Origin: Babesia bigemina
Lineage: Eukaryota
Length of the DNA stretch: 64,000 bases
Direction: 5' to 3'
Assembly: GCF_000981445.1 (NCBI RefSeq)
Contig: NC_027218.1
Coordinates: 2,294,001 to 2,358,000 of the forward strand
Below the pieces are notes generated by a model that was given only the letters and a program-made list of their open reading frames with translations, made no database searches and was not told the origin of the DNA. A program made the position numbers and the translations under genes. Positions 29,601 through 40,161 of this stretch are shown piece by piece (the first letter of the stretch is position 1; each line of letters opens with the position of its first letter).

Positions 29601-32101
29601 GAATAACGCTCGTTTGGCGTCCAGTGGACGGCGCCCAATTCCACGGTATCCGCGCTGACGCTGTACACGGTGCCGAACTGTTCCGACACCATCGACTTCG
29701 GAATTGACTTGGCCTGAGACGGGTCCATCAGGAAAACGCTGTTTCTAAGCGGTTGGTTCACAAGAGACATTGCGTCCATGTGCGAAAGCTTCGACATGCT
29801 TTGCTTCAACGTGTCTGGGTGCAACGTCACCTTAGCGCTGGCCAGTAAATCCCGCAGGTACACCTCTACGTCATCGAAAAGCCGTCCACACTTTGCAGGC
29901 CTCATCAGCGCCGCCGACTTGAATAGGCGGAGCAGGTTGTTGCGCAGATCGCATAGCGGCTGCAGCTCCAGGTCGGCCGCCGGAGTGCCCTCGGGCACGA
30001 ACATGTCGACGAACGAGCCCAGAGGAGATATCAACTGCTTTCCCATAAAATACAGCAGTATCCCACTTTCATCTTTCAACACGGCGTTGCTTACAATTTC
30101 GAAGAGCTGCCACAGCTCCATGTTATCCCTGTGGCCACCTGCGCCGACCCCCGATGACGTCATGTCGGTGATGGCCGACGTGGCCATCTGAAGCACGGTC
30201 TGTATCATGCTCTGCTCGGCCAGGATGGTGGGAATAACCCGGTATCCGCAAGGGTACTCCGTGCATATTCGATGCAACGCGCTGACCATTTGCGGGCACG
30301 ACCGTTTGCCGAGTAAGGCCGACGCCATCTTCAGCACTATCGTGTGTATCGCCATGCTCTGGCACCTCGCCTTGCAGCAGGTCGCCCGCGAATCGGCGTA
30401 CATGCCATTTTGAAGCGCGTTGTTCAGGGTCATCCCGTTCACGAAATCGCAAATGTCCGTCATGTAAAGCAAGCAGACCCCGAAGTCTATCAGGTTGGTG
30501 TACTGCGCCACGAACCACAGCGGGAGCTCCAGCATGCTGTCGATATACATGGGGGCCACCGGGAAGCGTTTTAGGTGGGTGAGAAGCGATCCCATCAACT
30601 GAGTCAGCACCTTGTGCATTGTGGTCTCCAAAAGGTACGACACGGTGTACTGCCGAACTTCGTGGATGTCGCGCAGCACGCTATGCTTGACCTTACCATT
30701 GTGGTGTGTTTGGATCATTTCAACGGCTTCGTTGAAGCTTTGCAGCAGCGTCGTCAGGTGCTCGTATGTAGGGCCTTCGTCCTCCTTAAGCTTCGGCTCC
30801 AGGCTTTGGAAGAGCTGCTCCACGCGCGACAGGGCCAGGAACAGCTCCACTCGCTGACCCAGCGCCTCCATACGCGTCGTCATGTTGAACAAGGAGAATC
30901 GGCGCAGCTTGGCAGCCCCAAGCAGCAACGTGTCGCAGAGCGAGTCTACCTTCCCCCCGGGATCGCCCTGCAGAAAGTTGCGCATACACTTGCCATGCGA
31001 CACCATCTCTACCAGCAGGTCAAGCATAAAGCCGCGCTCAACCCAGCGGTGGTTTTCCGGAGCCACCAACCTCTCAACCAAATTTTTGCCGAACCCCTTA
31101 TCGAACATCAGCGTGTGGGCGACGTCGCAGTCGCGTACCAGCATTTGCAATATGCCGAAGTACAGGTCCTCAGAATCGAAAGTGACGTTCTTAATGCACT
31201 TCTCGACCACGGGGACGATAACTTCGTTCAGTGGTATTTTGTCGGAAAAGATGAACTTGGTGTGCTTGTAGCATTCCGAGAACAATTCCTTGAGGTTGAC
31301 AAATTCCGACGAATCCATATCATCTTTCAAAAAATCCTCCAGACGGCCAATGATATACTCGACGAGGTGGTCCTCTCTGTCTGGGTCCATTGCGGCCTCC
31401 CGCAGCTCAAAAAGGGTCTTGCACGTTGCCACATCAGTATATCGCGTGTGGTGAGACAACGGCATGCTAGTGACCTCGAATTCCGGACGTTGGGGCCCTA
31501 TATGCGGCACCGCTGCAGTGGCGTCGATCGCGGCCTTGCACTTCAGCGCGTCTAGCGTGTTGCCACCGAAGTACATGCACTCCTCTTCGGGAGCCACCGT
31601 CCATGTGCCAGCGGCATCACGGTGCCGCAACAACACGTACGACACGCGTTCAAGACGCCCAGCTACCAACAGGCCGTCCACACGCGAAGTGGTGTCGTCG
31701 GCATCTTCGTCCACCTCGTACACGAACGTCAGCCAGTTTCGTTCGGGGATATCCATGAGGCGGAGAGGCATATACCGTCTGCCGCCATCTTCCAGAACCA
31801 CGCGTGCGAACACGTTGACATCCGATTCGCTTAGTGCAGTTTCGGTTTGCGATCTGAACCTGTGAATGGAGACATTTTGCATTTTAAGCACAGCAGTCTC
31901 CCCTGGGGGCAGGAATGCGATAGAGTTGAAAGGCAAGGGGCCATTGTCAAAGCTGATCACCTCGAAAAAGATAGGCGTCTCGCGGTCGTGCTGTATCTTT
32001 GCCTGTACCTTAATCTCCGCGGGCGAGCGCCTGATGGTGCCGTAACTGAACGCCACCTTGTTGCGGAAATACGACGGCGACTCGGGCTCATCCCTCGTCA
32101 T
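26609..32101 (-). CDS. Virilizer/VIRMA-like protein (putative m6A writer complex subunit)
   Basis: 1830-aa, predicted largely helical protein. The C-proximal motif RSVSTRAPSKHVDAY resembles the virilizer signature SRPPSMHVDDF, and the size fits. Confidence 0.6.
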   Translation of the reverse strand: MTRDEPESPSYFRNKVAFSYGTIRRSPAEIKVQAKIQHDRETPIFFEVISFDNGPLPFNSIAFLPPGETAVLKMQNVSIHRFRSQTETALSESDVNVFARVVLEDGGRRYMPLRLMDIPERNWLTFVYEVDEDADDTTSRVDGLLVAGRLERVSYVLLRHRDAAGTWTVAPEEECMYFGGNTLDALKCKAAIDATAAVPHIGPQRPEFEVTSMPLSHHTRYTDVATCKTLFELREAAMDPDREDHLVEYIIGRLEDFLKDDMDSSEFVNLKELFSECYKHTKFIFSDKIPLNEVIVPVVEKCIKNVTFDSEDLYFGILQMLVRDCDVAHTLMFDKGFGKNLVERLVAPENHRWVERGFMLDLLVEMVSHGKCMRNFLQGDPGGKVDSLCDTLLLGAAKLRRFSLFNMTTRMEALGQRVELFLALSRVEQLFQSLEPKLKEDEGPTYEHLTTLLQSFNEAVEMIQTHHNGKVKHSVLRDIHEVRQYTVSYLLETTMHKVLTQLMGSLLTHLKRFPVAPMYIDSMLELPLWFVAQYTNLIDFGVCLLYMTDICDFVNGMTLNNALQNGMYADSRATCCKARCQSMAIHTIVLKMASALLGKRSCPQMVSALHRICTEYPCGYRVIPTILAEQSMIQTVLQMATSAITDMTSSGVGAGGHRDNMELWQLFEIVSNAVLKDESGILLYFMGKQLISPLGSFVDMFVPEGTPAADLELQPLCDLRNNLLRLFKSAALMRPAKCGRLFDDVEVYLRDLLASAKVTLHPDTLKQSMSKLSHMDAMSLVNQPLRNSVFLMDPSQAKSIPKSMVSEQFGTVYSVSADTVELGAVHWTPNERYSARVTDLGVTADKAGHFKSCRLYVAPPERLPEFVHYGVRLLSFASTMDQYVSVFSDLLRERENTETLLRLWVHAVASISPDIDTVLNVEMGAFKSLVGYEWFFSSEDAIPLVTNIAQIVYSSLHHLSCDGHCHEDTDEHRKVTGAPVRYINDDILTLVVLSVNGVMMNRRWAFEGRLGRTSRKCLRWLCKLMSYWYLRYEKSQGYLMNKLMGWYTTLPCMADGAALLITSCGPVINPKCNVVAYVSLPEDEENEALLGRRRARVLFEGREYTVALSEKEVKLGRDVPNSAVWGLIRRIESLKVSVLAEFMCAVATRCYSANPCTVVLASEIAHFLIANGAPMMVFLSAVSDRCLEECLKAGSDASRSGNASGKAYRLLTFWSLVAKALVSNDSAGPTAVFKVNNWILDLFSRYTKGCRVITEGCCRVLFDGYVHLFRCHNKLWEGHHATLTRDPEFHNYMKNINGSVWWICHILNGCKARDTETGSSDEGSQNKFATVDFDSDIHLDSSISLSWEVILAGFAALKHAFKIPFTALNILYTVLSGPMELMVQIINKQIDSEIIKVTPSTTLWLNNIIRQLCDALLLHGSSEEADGSGNSDAPLQLLILQLLHDICASIHQTGPAQDVFICSLVYGTTHSADHDMLMAEDSLGDGQTEGAQPQEDIYSDIVGSSKNRLPRRVLSSAASQNAANGPAFKNVTDALEAFRDAVAAELALGKAQKLQGIALSSQIANVLLMLNAFKSLSSVIAKDAMERTPPKSLPGYIFLKVPSYTGLFRHSLGDAWSTDGRGPSSTRSILTRVIRMTKCENWAANTCFVNQSVPSPLLTDDRRQMRWLSRCFMFNGSPESVEMWKAVRYFATAKLLFADELMQYAPVKTKRMERPLPSDGMRYIRSVSTRAPSKHVDAYESEKAGVATDDDGAITQENIEKAVARLNGVITSQTWLDFDNDLVTNGLNLRSILINPGLLKDYSARATFLNALSRHVLIKELLISVGVDVR

Positions 32102-32751
32102 TGTGAATTCAAAACGCGTATGGTGCCAAAAGCGCTGCTAAATCCCGACCCAATTGAACCTCACAAGGCCGATTATTAACCGTTCCTCATAGCAGAATTT
32201 AGATTGATAGTACTCTCTTCGTCATGTCGTTGTGCCGATCCAAATGCGCTCATGGTACTCAAATGCGCCCAACCGGCGACCCGATATAGCTATATATTCA
32301 CATACAAGCCATTATTTGCCAAATACGCGGCTCCAGACGCACGGGCTGCTGTCATTGGGACCTTTGGAAGACCGATGCCGTCAAAAACAGCTATGGTACC
32401 CAAGTATACCTTCCTAGCGCGACAGATGTTTATGTTTTATATCCACCAAGAGCCTACAACGCTGTAGAAACGCTCAACGCGCCGTAAGAGCATCAACGGC
32501 GTACGTCGCTGTTGCTCGAGCCAGTATGTGTCTGGATGTTGAAAATGGAGACAAAATACAATCACTTACGAAGCACGCTCTACTTTTATGCCATACTTCA
32601 CTTCATTTGCCCTCCTTCCACTGTGATAGTTGGCGGTCTGCCAAACAACATACCCCGCCGTCAGCGTCGCCGCGCGGGCTGGAGCGTAGGGCCAAGGGGC
32701 GCCTGCAACCGGTATGCTAGTGACAAAATTCAGCGAATACGTGTTCATGTG

Positions 32752-34824
32752 TTATATATACTGCGATGTGCGATCCGCCAGGGCTTCAAACACCAGGCTG
32801 CCAAGGGCACATCCCTCTGCCAGTTCGAAGGCCAGGTTGGTGTGTAGACACTTGATGTGCACGAAGCTCCGACTGCCGCCAATGCCGTAAACCCTCGGTG
32901 TGTTCACAATGGCGAGCGCCTTTTCCAACGATGAGCGATTCTTGGGCCGCGATTCGGCCGGTTGGCCATTTGGAGTGGACGATAGCGATATGTACGAACT
33001 GCGCACTGCATCCTCGCTACCATAGTCGCTGTCGTAAAATCTGCTGAAAAGGACCGAGTTCACTAGCATTGTATACAGCGCTGTCAATATGACGGGGTGC
33101 AGCAATGCGAAACGTTGGCAGATGTACGCCAAATTATCCAATATTAGCCTTCTCACAAAAATGCCGGATTCGGGTACCCCCTCACGTTCATACGCGTGTG
33201 CATGCATATCTATTTCCCTCTGAAGGTGCATTATGGCTCCCCCTCCTTCCAGTGCCGACACTTGCGCTACGAGCTCGGGGTCGGTAAGCCAATATGTCGT
33301 CGGAAATGGCACCAAACTGCCCACCTTCCCGACAAGGTCCCCCTGTTCTTTCAACAGTTTTGACTCTACATCGCTGGTAAATGCGCCTTGTTCTGATAGA
33401 TCCATTAGTTCTCGGGATGCTCTGCCTAACATCGCTCCTGATTCCCCTGCTCCGTTGGGTTCCGCGTCATCGGGGTGGCTGGGGCTCGACTCACCCGCAT
33501 AAGTTTCCGCCAACTTCTGATGTAGCATATGAGCCACTATGTTGGCGTTTTTTGAAAATGTCGGAGCGGCATCCGTATCGGGGCAAAGGATGGCTTCCAC
33601 GACGTCAAATATGGCATCTGCGACGGTGTTTGGTGCCTCCCCACTATCTGTAACAACCGGTTGATGAACGCTGTATTTTCCAGAAACATCCGCTTCGAAA
33701 AATGAATTGAGGGGAAAGTTGTGTGACGTGTACATTTCCACGTTGCCGTGGTAGTCCAACTCCACGCCCACGCCGCAGCCGGCCGAACGGCTGGAGCGTT
33801 TGATGGATCTTCTGGAGTTCTTTCCTGGTTTCTTAACTCCCTTTACGACGAAGGGGCTAATGACGGCCACAACCTTGGCCGACGTGCCTCCGCTGGAGCA
33901 TGTCACACAGCCACTGTGGTCGTAGTTGGATGTAGCGGGCCCCCCTAGCTTTGCATTTGCCACAAGCCTTCGAGCCGCACTAACCAACGACGCAGATCCT
34001 TTGTCAATGCCGGTTGGTTTTGCTGATGCCTCCCCATCACGGCCCGCATCGTCAACTGTGGCGGTGGCTGCATCGGTGCCGTTGCCATCGGCCATCGCTT
34101 CAGTATGATTTTCACCGGGTTGCCGTATATCAGCGCCAACGTTCACTCCCGTGATAATGTCTCCTTTGGCAGTATCCGGTGTAATACTGTTACCATTCTT
34201 CACTATACTGGACTCATGATCCGCCGTGCTTGGGACTCCGCCAGTGTCAGCGCGTTTACGGTGGTACTTGTGTTCGGAGCCCTGCCTGACTTTGCATACA
34301 CACCTTGGCGGCATTGACAACATCCCCACGGCCTCTCTGCCGATGCAACTGCTGCAATATTCGTAGTCCGACTCGGAGAGGGTCATAGCCGAGCACTCCG
34401 ACGTGCCGCGCCTGCGGGGACAGTGGAACCTCTGACGCACCCTGTGGAGAATCCGATTTATGTTCGGAGACCACGATAAGTCAAAAGACCCACTATCGCC
34501 ATTGTCACGATTGTCTGTGTTGTCAGCAGCGCCATCGCCAGTGGTAACGTGAGTGGCAGCAGTGCCCTCACAAGCGGGGGTACCACCGCAAGCCTTCTGC
34601 TCGCCTAACCCTCGCCATCGTGCCAGAAGCGATGACAAAGTCTTAACAGACTTGGGTTCGTAGAGGAACAGCTCGCCCCGGAGCAGTAACAGAAACACGA
34701 CGCTCAGGTCAATGTGGCTCAGCAGCTCAGCATGTAGAGACTCTTTTAGTGATTCCACGCTGTAGCGGCGATCCTGATGCACGGCCGAATGCACATCAAC
34801 CTGCTCAAGTGATGTGTTGTCCAT
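32752..34824 (-). CDS. DUF501-domain protein with long insertions
   Basis: PFPTTYWLTDPELVAQVSALEGGG and GIGGSRSFVHIKCLHTNLA match the DUF501 signature motifs. First ATG is at 34824. Confidence 0.75.
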   Translation of the reverse strand: MDNTSLEQVDVHSAVHQDRRYSVESLKESLHAELLSHIDLSVVFLLLLRGELFLYEPKSVKTLSSLLARWRGLGEQKACGGTPACEGTAATHVTTGDGAADNTDNRDNGDSGSFDLSWSPNINRILHRVRQRFHCPRRRGTSECSAMTLSESDYEYCSSCIGREAVGMLSMPPRCVCKVRQGSEHKYHRKRADTGGVPSTADHESSIVKNGNSITPDTAKGDIITGVNVGADIRQPGENHTEAMADGNGTDAATATVDDAGRDGEASAKPTGIDKGSASLVSAARRLVANAKLGGPATSNYDHSGCVTCSSGGTSAKVVAVISPFVVKGVKKPGKNSRRSIKRSSRSAGCGVGVELDYHGNVEMYTSHNFPLNSFFEADVSGKYSVHQPVVTDSGEAPNTVADAIFDVVEAILCPDTDAAPTFSKNANIVAHMLHQKLAETYAGESSPSHPDDAEPNGAGESGAMLGRASRELMDLSEQGAFTSDVESKLLKEQGDLVGKVGSLVPFPTTYWLTDPELVAQVSALEGGGAIMHLQREIDMHAHAYEREGVPESGIFVRRLILDNLAYICQRFALLHPVILTALYTMLVNSVLFSRFYDSDYGSEDAVRSSYISLSSTPNGQPAESRPKNRSSLEKALAIVNTPRVYGIGGSRSFVHIKCLHTNLAFELAEGCALGSLVFEALADRTSQYI

Positions 34825-35288
34825 TCTCGCATATTTGGCCCACAAAGGCGTAGAAGGTCATGGAATCTGCAGCCTCCAAACAGGGCGTGCGCGCAAACCG
34901 AGCTGAGGGATCTGTATTATCGGCCGTAAATTACTCATAAGCCGTATAATGCTGTGCGATGCGGAATAGAATCCTGAAGTAGCTCACATTTGGAGTTATT
35001 ATACCAACGTCGTCAAGCGTGTCCAAAGAGTCTAGAAGTCATTTCAAAATACGGCGGTTACCGCTCCCAGTAACCGAAAGAGCCGCCTAAAACCGGCGCC
35101 TACGGCGATCTTCCACCAGCGGAGCTGCTGTGTACCGGGTCGTACCGCGTGCCGCGTCTCGCCAGTTTTACGTACCAACCACACATCACCGATTGAACGG
35201 CGCCCCAGCCTCAGCTACTTTGTACTTCTTACCGAAACAGGTTCTTATTGCTAAATTACGGTAATGTGTATTGGCTGAATTTGACAAC

Positions 35289-35777
35289 ATGGACGCGGAA
35301 AGGACATTCATCATGGTAAAGCCCGACGGCGTTCAGCGCGGCATCATGGGCGAGGTGCTCAAGCGCTATGAGCAAAAGGGGCTGAAGCTGGTGGCCGCCA
35401 AGTTCCACCAACCGATCGCTGAGGTCGTTGCCAACCACTACAGCGAGCACAGAGAAAAGCCCTTCTACGGCTCGCTTTGCGACTTCATCGCGCAGGGGCC
35501 AGTTTTCTGCATGATCTGGGAGGGGCCCGAGGCAGTTAAGATCGGTCGCAAGCTGGTGGGCGTCACTTCTCCCATGGAGAGCGCGCCAGGTACGTTACGT
35601 GGGCACCGCGGCCAATGCCATGCAGGGACCATCCGCGGGGACTTCGGCGTTGTCACGCACAAAAACCTGGTTCACGCCAGCAGCTCAGTGGAGGACGCCA
35701 AGCGCGAGTGCAGCTTGTGGTTCAAACCCGAAGAGATCGTCTCGTGGGACAGAGCTGTGGCAGGCTGGATCGTGTAA
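35289..35777 (+). CDS. ndk: Nucleoside diphosphate kinase (2 exons)
   Basis: ERTFIMVKPDGVQRG, PGTIRGDF and catalytic His in NLVHAS. A 36-nt intron lies at 35590-35625 (gtacgt...atgcag). Confidence 0.95.
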   Translation: MDAERTFIMVKPDGVQRGIMGEVLKRYEQKGLKLVAAKFHQPIAEVVANHYSEHREKPFYGSLCDFIAQGPVFCMIWEGPEAVKIGRKLVGVTSPMESAPGTLRGHRGQCHAGTIRGDFGVVTHKNLVHASSSVEDAKRECSLWFKPEEIVSWDRAVAGWIV

Positions 35778-35951
35778 GGCCCATCGGCCGGCGCTGTACA
35801 GGAGTGCGTGTGCAACGGCAGGAATCGCTTCGAGAGTTCGGCATCGACGGACGCAAGAGCCGACTGATAGCAACACGCAGCAAACATTTCTCCTTTATCG
35901 AGTTAAGGCCCAAAGTGGCGATGTTTTTGGCAATAGGCACGCGTTGCACGG

Positions 35952-38258
35952 TCAGCTGGTCAGCGACTTCACAACGTCGTTGATTTCCAGCTTGTTCAGA
36001 TTCGTGTACGTCTGCCCAGTGCCCACGAATACGATGGGCTGCCCCGTGATGTAGCACATCGAAAGGGCAGCGCCGACCTTGTCGTCCACAGTGTCGAACT
36101 TGGTGAGAATAATGCCGTCGATCCTCCGGCCGCGCAACTCGTCGCTTGACTCGCCCATTCGATGGATCGCCTGGTTGAACTTGCGCAGCTGGTCCACGGC
36201 GTCGTTGCCCACCAGAGCCTCACCGACAAAGAGCAGCAGGTCGGGGTTGTTCACGTGGATCAGCTTAGACAGGGCCGCCATCAGCGGCTCGTTGTCCTGC
36301 ATACGACCCGCGGTGTCGATCAGCACCACGTTGAACCCATTCGCACGTGCGTGCTTCATACCCTCGCGACAGATGGCCGAAGGGTCCTTGCCGTAGCCGC
36401 GCTCGAAGAGCTCCACGCCCAGCTTGTCCGCATGGATCTTGAGCTGCTCCACAGCACCAGAACGGAACGTGTCGCACGCGATGAGCAGTACCTTGAACCC
36501 GTTGCACTTGAGCAGGTAGGTCACCTTGGCCAGGCTCGTGGACTTGCCCACCCCGTTCACTCCAAGGAACAGCACGGAGTACACCTCGCCGCGTGCGTTG
36601 GCTTCGGAGACGTTGCGCAGCAGATTGATCGGTTCCTTCGGCGTGAGGATGCGCCGAACGGACGCCTCCAGCGCCTCGCGCACGGTGGCGGCCACCGACT
36701 TCAGCGACGCCGTCTTCTTGCCAACCAGGCCTGCCGAAATGGAGTCGCAAATCATGGTGGAGATGTCGTTGGCAACGTTTTTCGCGTTCAACTTCAGCCT
36801 CAGCTCCTTCAGCGGTTCTTCTATGGCCTCGGGGGTCAGAACCATGTTACCCGCGTATTTCAGTACCATTTTGGCGAAGTTGTCCAGCACGCTGGGGCCA
36901 TTGGAGCCCTCGTCGGTGCTGGGCCTCGAAGCCAGGTCGCTCTTGTTGCGCCCGAAAATCCTGCCCAGCGACCTGCGTGCGCTGCGGAAAATACCACCAA
37001 TGCCGCCCTTTGCCGAAGGGTCAATGGCGCCTTCAGGTTGCGGCGTGGCAGCACTTTCGGCGGTCGTCGGCTTTTGGCCCGACCGCGAATCTTTGTCAGT
37101 TGAGTAGTCGAGCGCGTCCATTTCCCGCTGCGAAACCGTTTGCCGTATCCCCCAATCGCGCCCAGTTTTGCCCGGCTTCTTCGACTGCTCCTTCTTGCCA
37201 TTTGCGGCGCGCTGCGGGGCGTTGTCCGTTGCCTCCGGCGCCGCAGCCTTGCTAGCGCTCAAACCTATCTTGTACAGTAGCTGGCTGAATTCTTCATCGA
37301 ACTCGAAACCAAGAGTGTCGGTGACCCAGTTGATTGACGACGGGTTCGTGTGGCGCTTCCGCACATGCGACACGAAGAGGTCGGCGGCGGTGTCCAGTAA
37401 GTTCCCAATGTTCTGGGAGCTCTGAATGCCCTGTTCCAACGTTACAGAGAGTACGTTGCGGTCGGACTCACTTGATACATAATGTACATGACTGCATCGA
37501 TGGAGTGCAGCGCCTTCCAGCGGAAGCTGATGCCGTCTATGCTGGCCTGCTGCGTAGCGCCGCGTTCCTGCAAACACGTTATTCATCGTAACAAAGCAGT
37601 ACACATATGCACATCAACCATGCCACATAGACGTACAAGTGGGCGCTCTTTGAATTAGAACGCAGCTACTGACATACGCAGTCATCCAATACATGCCCGC
37701 ACAACGGAGGCGCCAGTTGCATGCGACTCGGTTATGCAAACACAGATAGAAACGGGAAAGCGCTTCGATTCACAATATATCGCATGCAAACGTAAGTATA
37801 GTAACGGAGATATGCGCATGTCGTCTTATTGGAGCAAAGGGTATGACAACAATCACCGTCATCGTAGGTTCGATGCGATCCACTGTCACAAAGGTTGGAT
37901 ACGCCACAACATTAGGCCCATACGAACTAACACGACATCGTGAACCACTATGAGCACGAGAGACATGCAGATGGCAGCATCTCGGGCAATATTACGTAAC
38001 GCACATGGGCCAATCACGAAAGCAGCAACCTGAGTAAATAGGGCGCACATACAGTTATAGTTGTAACCACGTAACAAATACAGGAAAATACGTGAGAATC
38101 ATGCCGCGATGAATACACACCTCCAGTAGAACGCTGCTGATCAGCTTGTTGAGGGCTTCACCGGTCCGCTGCCCATCGTGGCCGTCGAAGCCGTGGTCGA
38201 AGTGCTGATTCCAGAGCACAACGCCACCACGGCTCACAACACAAGCGTAATCTATCAT
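35952..38258 (-). CDS. SRPRA: Signal recognition particle receptor alpha subunit (3 exons)
   Basis: Exons 38121-38258 (MIDYACVVSRGGVVLW), 37472-37567 (ERGATQQ...) and 35952-37430. GTPase motifs GVNGVGKSTS, DTFRSGAVEQL, DTAGR, TKFDT and GTGQTY. Confidence 0.93.
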
Positions 38259-40161
38259 TGTGGCGCGTCAAAAGGCACTGGGAGCGTCAAGCGCGCGCTG
38301 ACAGAAAGACGTAACCCGCCAATCGAGGCAGTTGGCACTCCCCAACTACAACGTCACAGATTTTAGGCGTCAAAATCCCGGACATAAGAACGCAGTTTGC
38401 TATTATTTGCGGCGAATGTCGCAGGTGTGTGGAAATGGAAGCATTGCCTGGGTGTATAAGACAGCACAGTACCAACGCGGACGCATACAAATAGTGAATA
38501 TGATTCTAACGCATAAATACATCGTATACACGACGCCCGTGTACTTTGAATTATGTACAGAATACGAGCCACGCATCAGATGCCGCAGTAATGACCTGGT
38601 AGACATTCAGCGACCGCGATAGTTCTACGTTAACACATGTATACACGTAAGGGTTAAATAATGCCTAATCAACCTGAATGTAACAACCACGTGTGCGCGA
38701 ATGGACGGAATAGTTGTACGACGTCACGTATGCTACGCCGTCGTTTCCTCTCCGACACATAGAACGGATGAGAGCCGATGCTAGTGTTATATTAACCATC
38801 ACTTGCACGCATGCTTTTCATAGGAGGCCTGGGTGGGCTAACACCGAGCAAATTCAGGATATATCACCGGATTGAAAAGACACAGATATGCGCTGCCGAC
38901 CGACTGGAGTGCCACTGCGACAAATCAAACGGCCTATTTGTATATAAAAGTATGTCGCACCAAATTCAAACTCAAATAACACGTACAGGCAACGATGTGA
39001 CAAACAACATCGTACACATGTGTTGTCCGTGCTGCACATAGCAACTACACATCACCTCGAAAACGCAAGCTATGAGCTAAGAAACACTTATAGCTAATAA
39101 TGCGGGGCGTGAGTGAAATCAAATTTATGTTGCATAATACAAACAGTTTGCATTACACAGTATACGTCTTGTAATTATTGAATTGGTTACGTATGACAAA
39201 CAAGAATACATCGTCTACTGCATCCATCTGTGTATTATAATGTGCTTCAATTAGAAAGCCTACGCATGGTAACAACGACGCGCAATGTTACGCGGCGCCC
39301 GCCACCGCCGCATCCACACGACTCTTTGACCATCAAGCGTATCAGCGTTTGATTGCATTATAATAAGCACCTGTTTTTATATTTTGTATTGAAAAAGTGA
39401 GAATGCAGTTGATTGTTGTTTCGCGTTAACAACGCCGCGGATGTGTGGAGTGGCACCGGGCTGGAAAGCAACGATACACCTCGGCAAAATAATTTTATAA
39501 TTTATACGTTGTAGATCGATTCGAAATATCGCCGTTGGAGCGGCCCTTGCTTTGCTATCGATCGCGGTGCACGGCTGGGTGCACCTCCAATGTCTTGCCC
39601 TGGTAAGCAGACACGCCCGGTCCTATGGCTGGAGCACAGACCGTGCACACCCGAGGCAAGCACCGTTATATGTTTGCAGGGGAAATACGGCTTATCTGCC
39701 GGCATCCCGCAGTGCGCCCCCTGAGACGACCTCTACACATCTACGGATTGGCAACGCTACGCCTCTGTCTGTCGCCCCCTACCCATTTAGGTACAAGGTG
39801 TTCGACAGTGCTCGGCTTTTGACGGAGCCGATAATTTCCATTTCGCTTGACATTTTGCGGTCGTCTACTTTCTCAGGTAGACAGACCCGGCTAGTGGAAC
39901 GGAAAGTCTATGCGTGGCGCGTCCACTCGCGACGTTTTGTTGGTTGGATCGGTAATAGTCGCTGGAGCTTACACCCGCGATTGATGCCGAGTATTCAGCG
40001 AAAAGGAGTGGGTAGCGGCTATCTCGTATGTTTATTCTTGTTAATGTAGTACCGTCAATGTAGTCCATTTTCGATTTAATGTTTATAACGGTAGCGTATA
40101 TATAGTTATTGTCGAGAATCTTGCTGATTGGTTGCTTGTTAATGCAGTTTCTGGGTACAAC

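Noticed and set aside
30575..37107. Long antisense ORFs over GC-rich genes (e.g. 30575-31555 and 36162-37103; likewise 45197-46117)
   Set aside because: Typical stop-poor antisense shadows of high-GC3 coding sequence.
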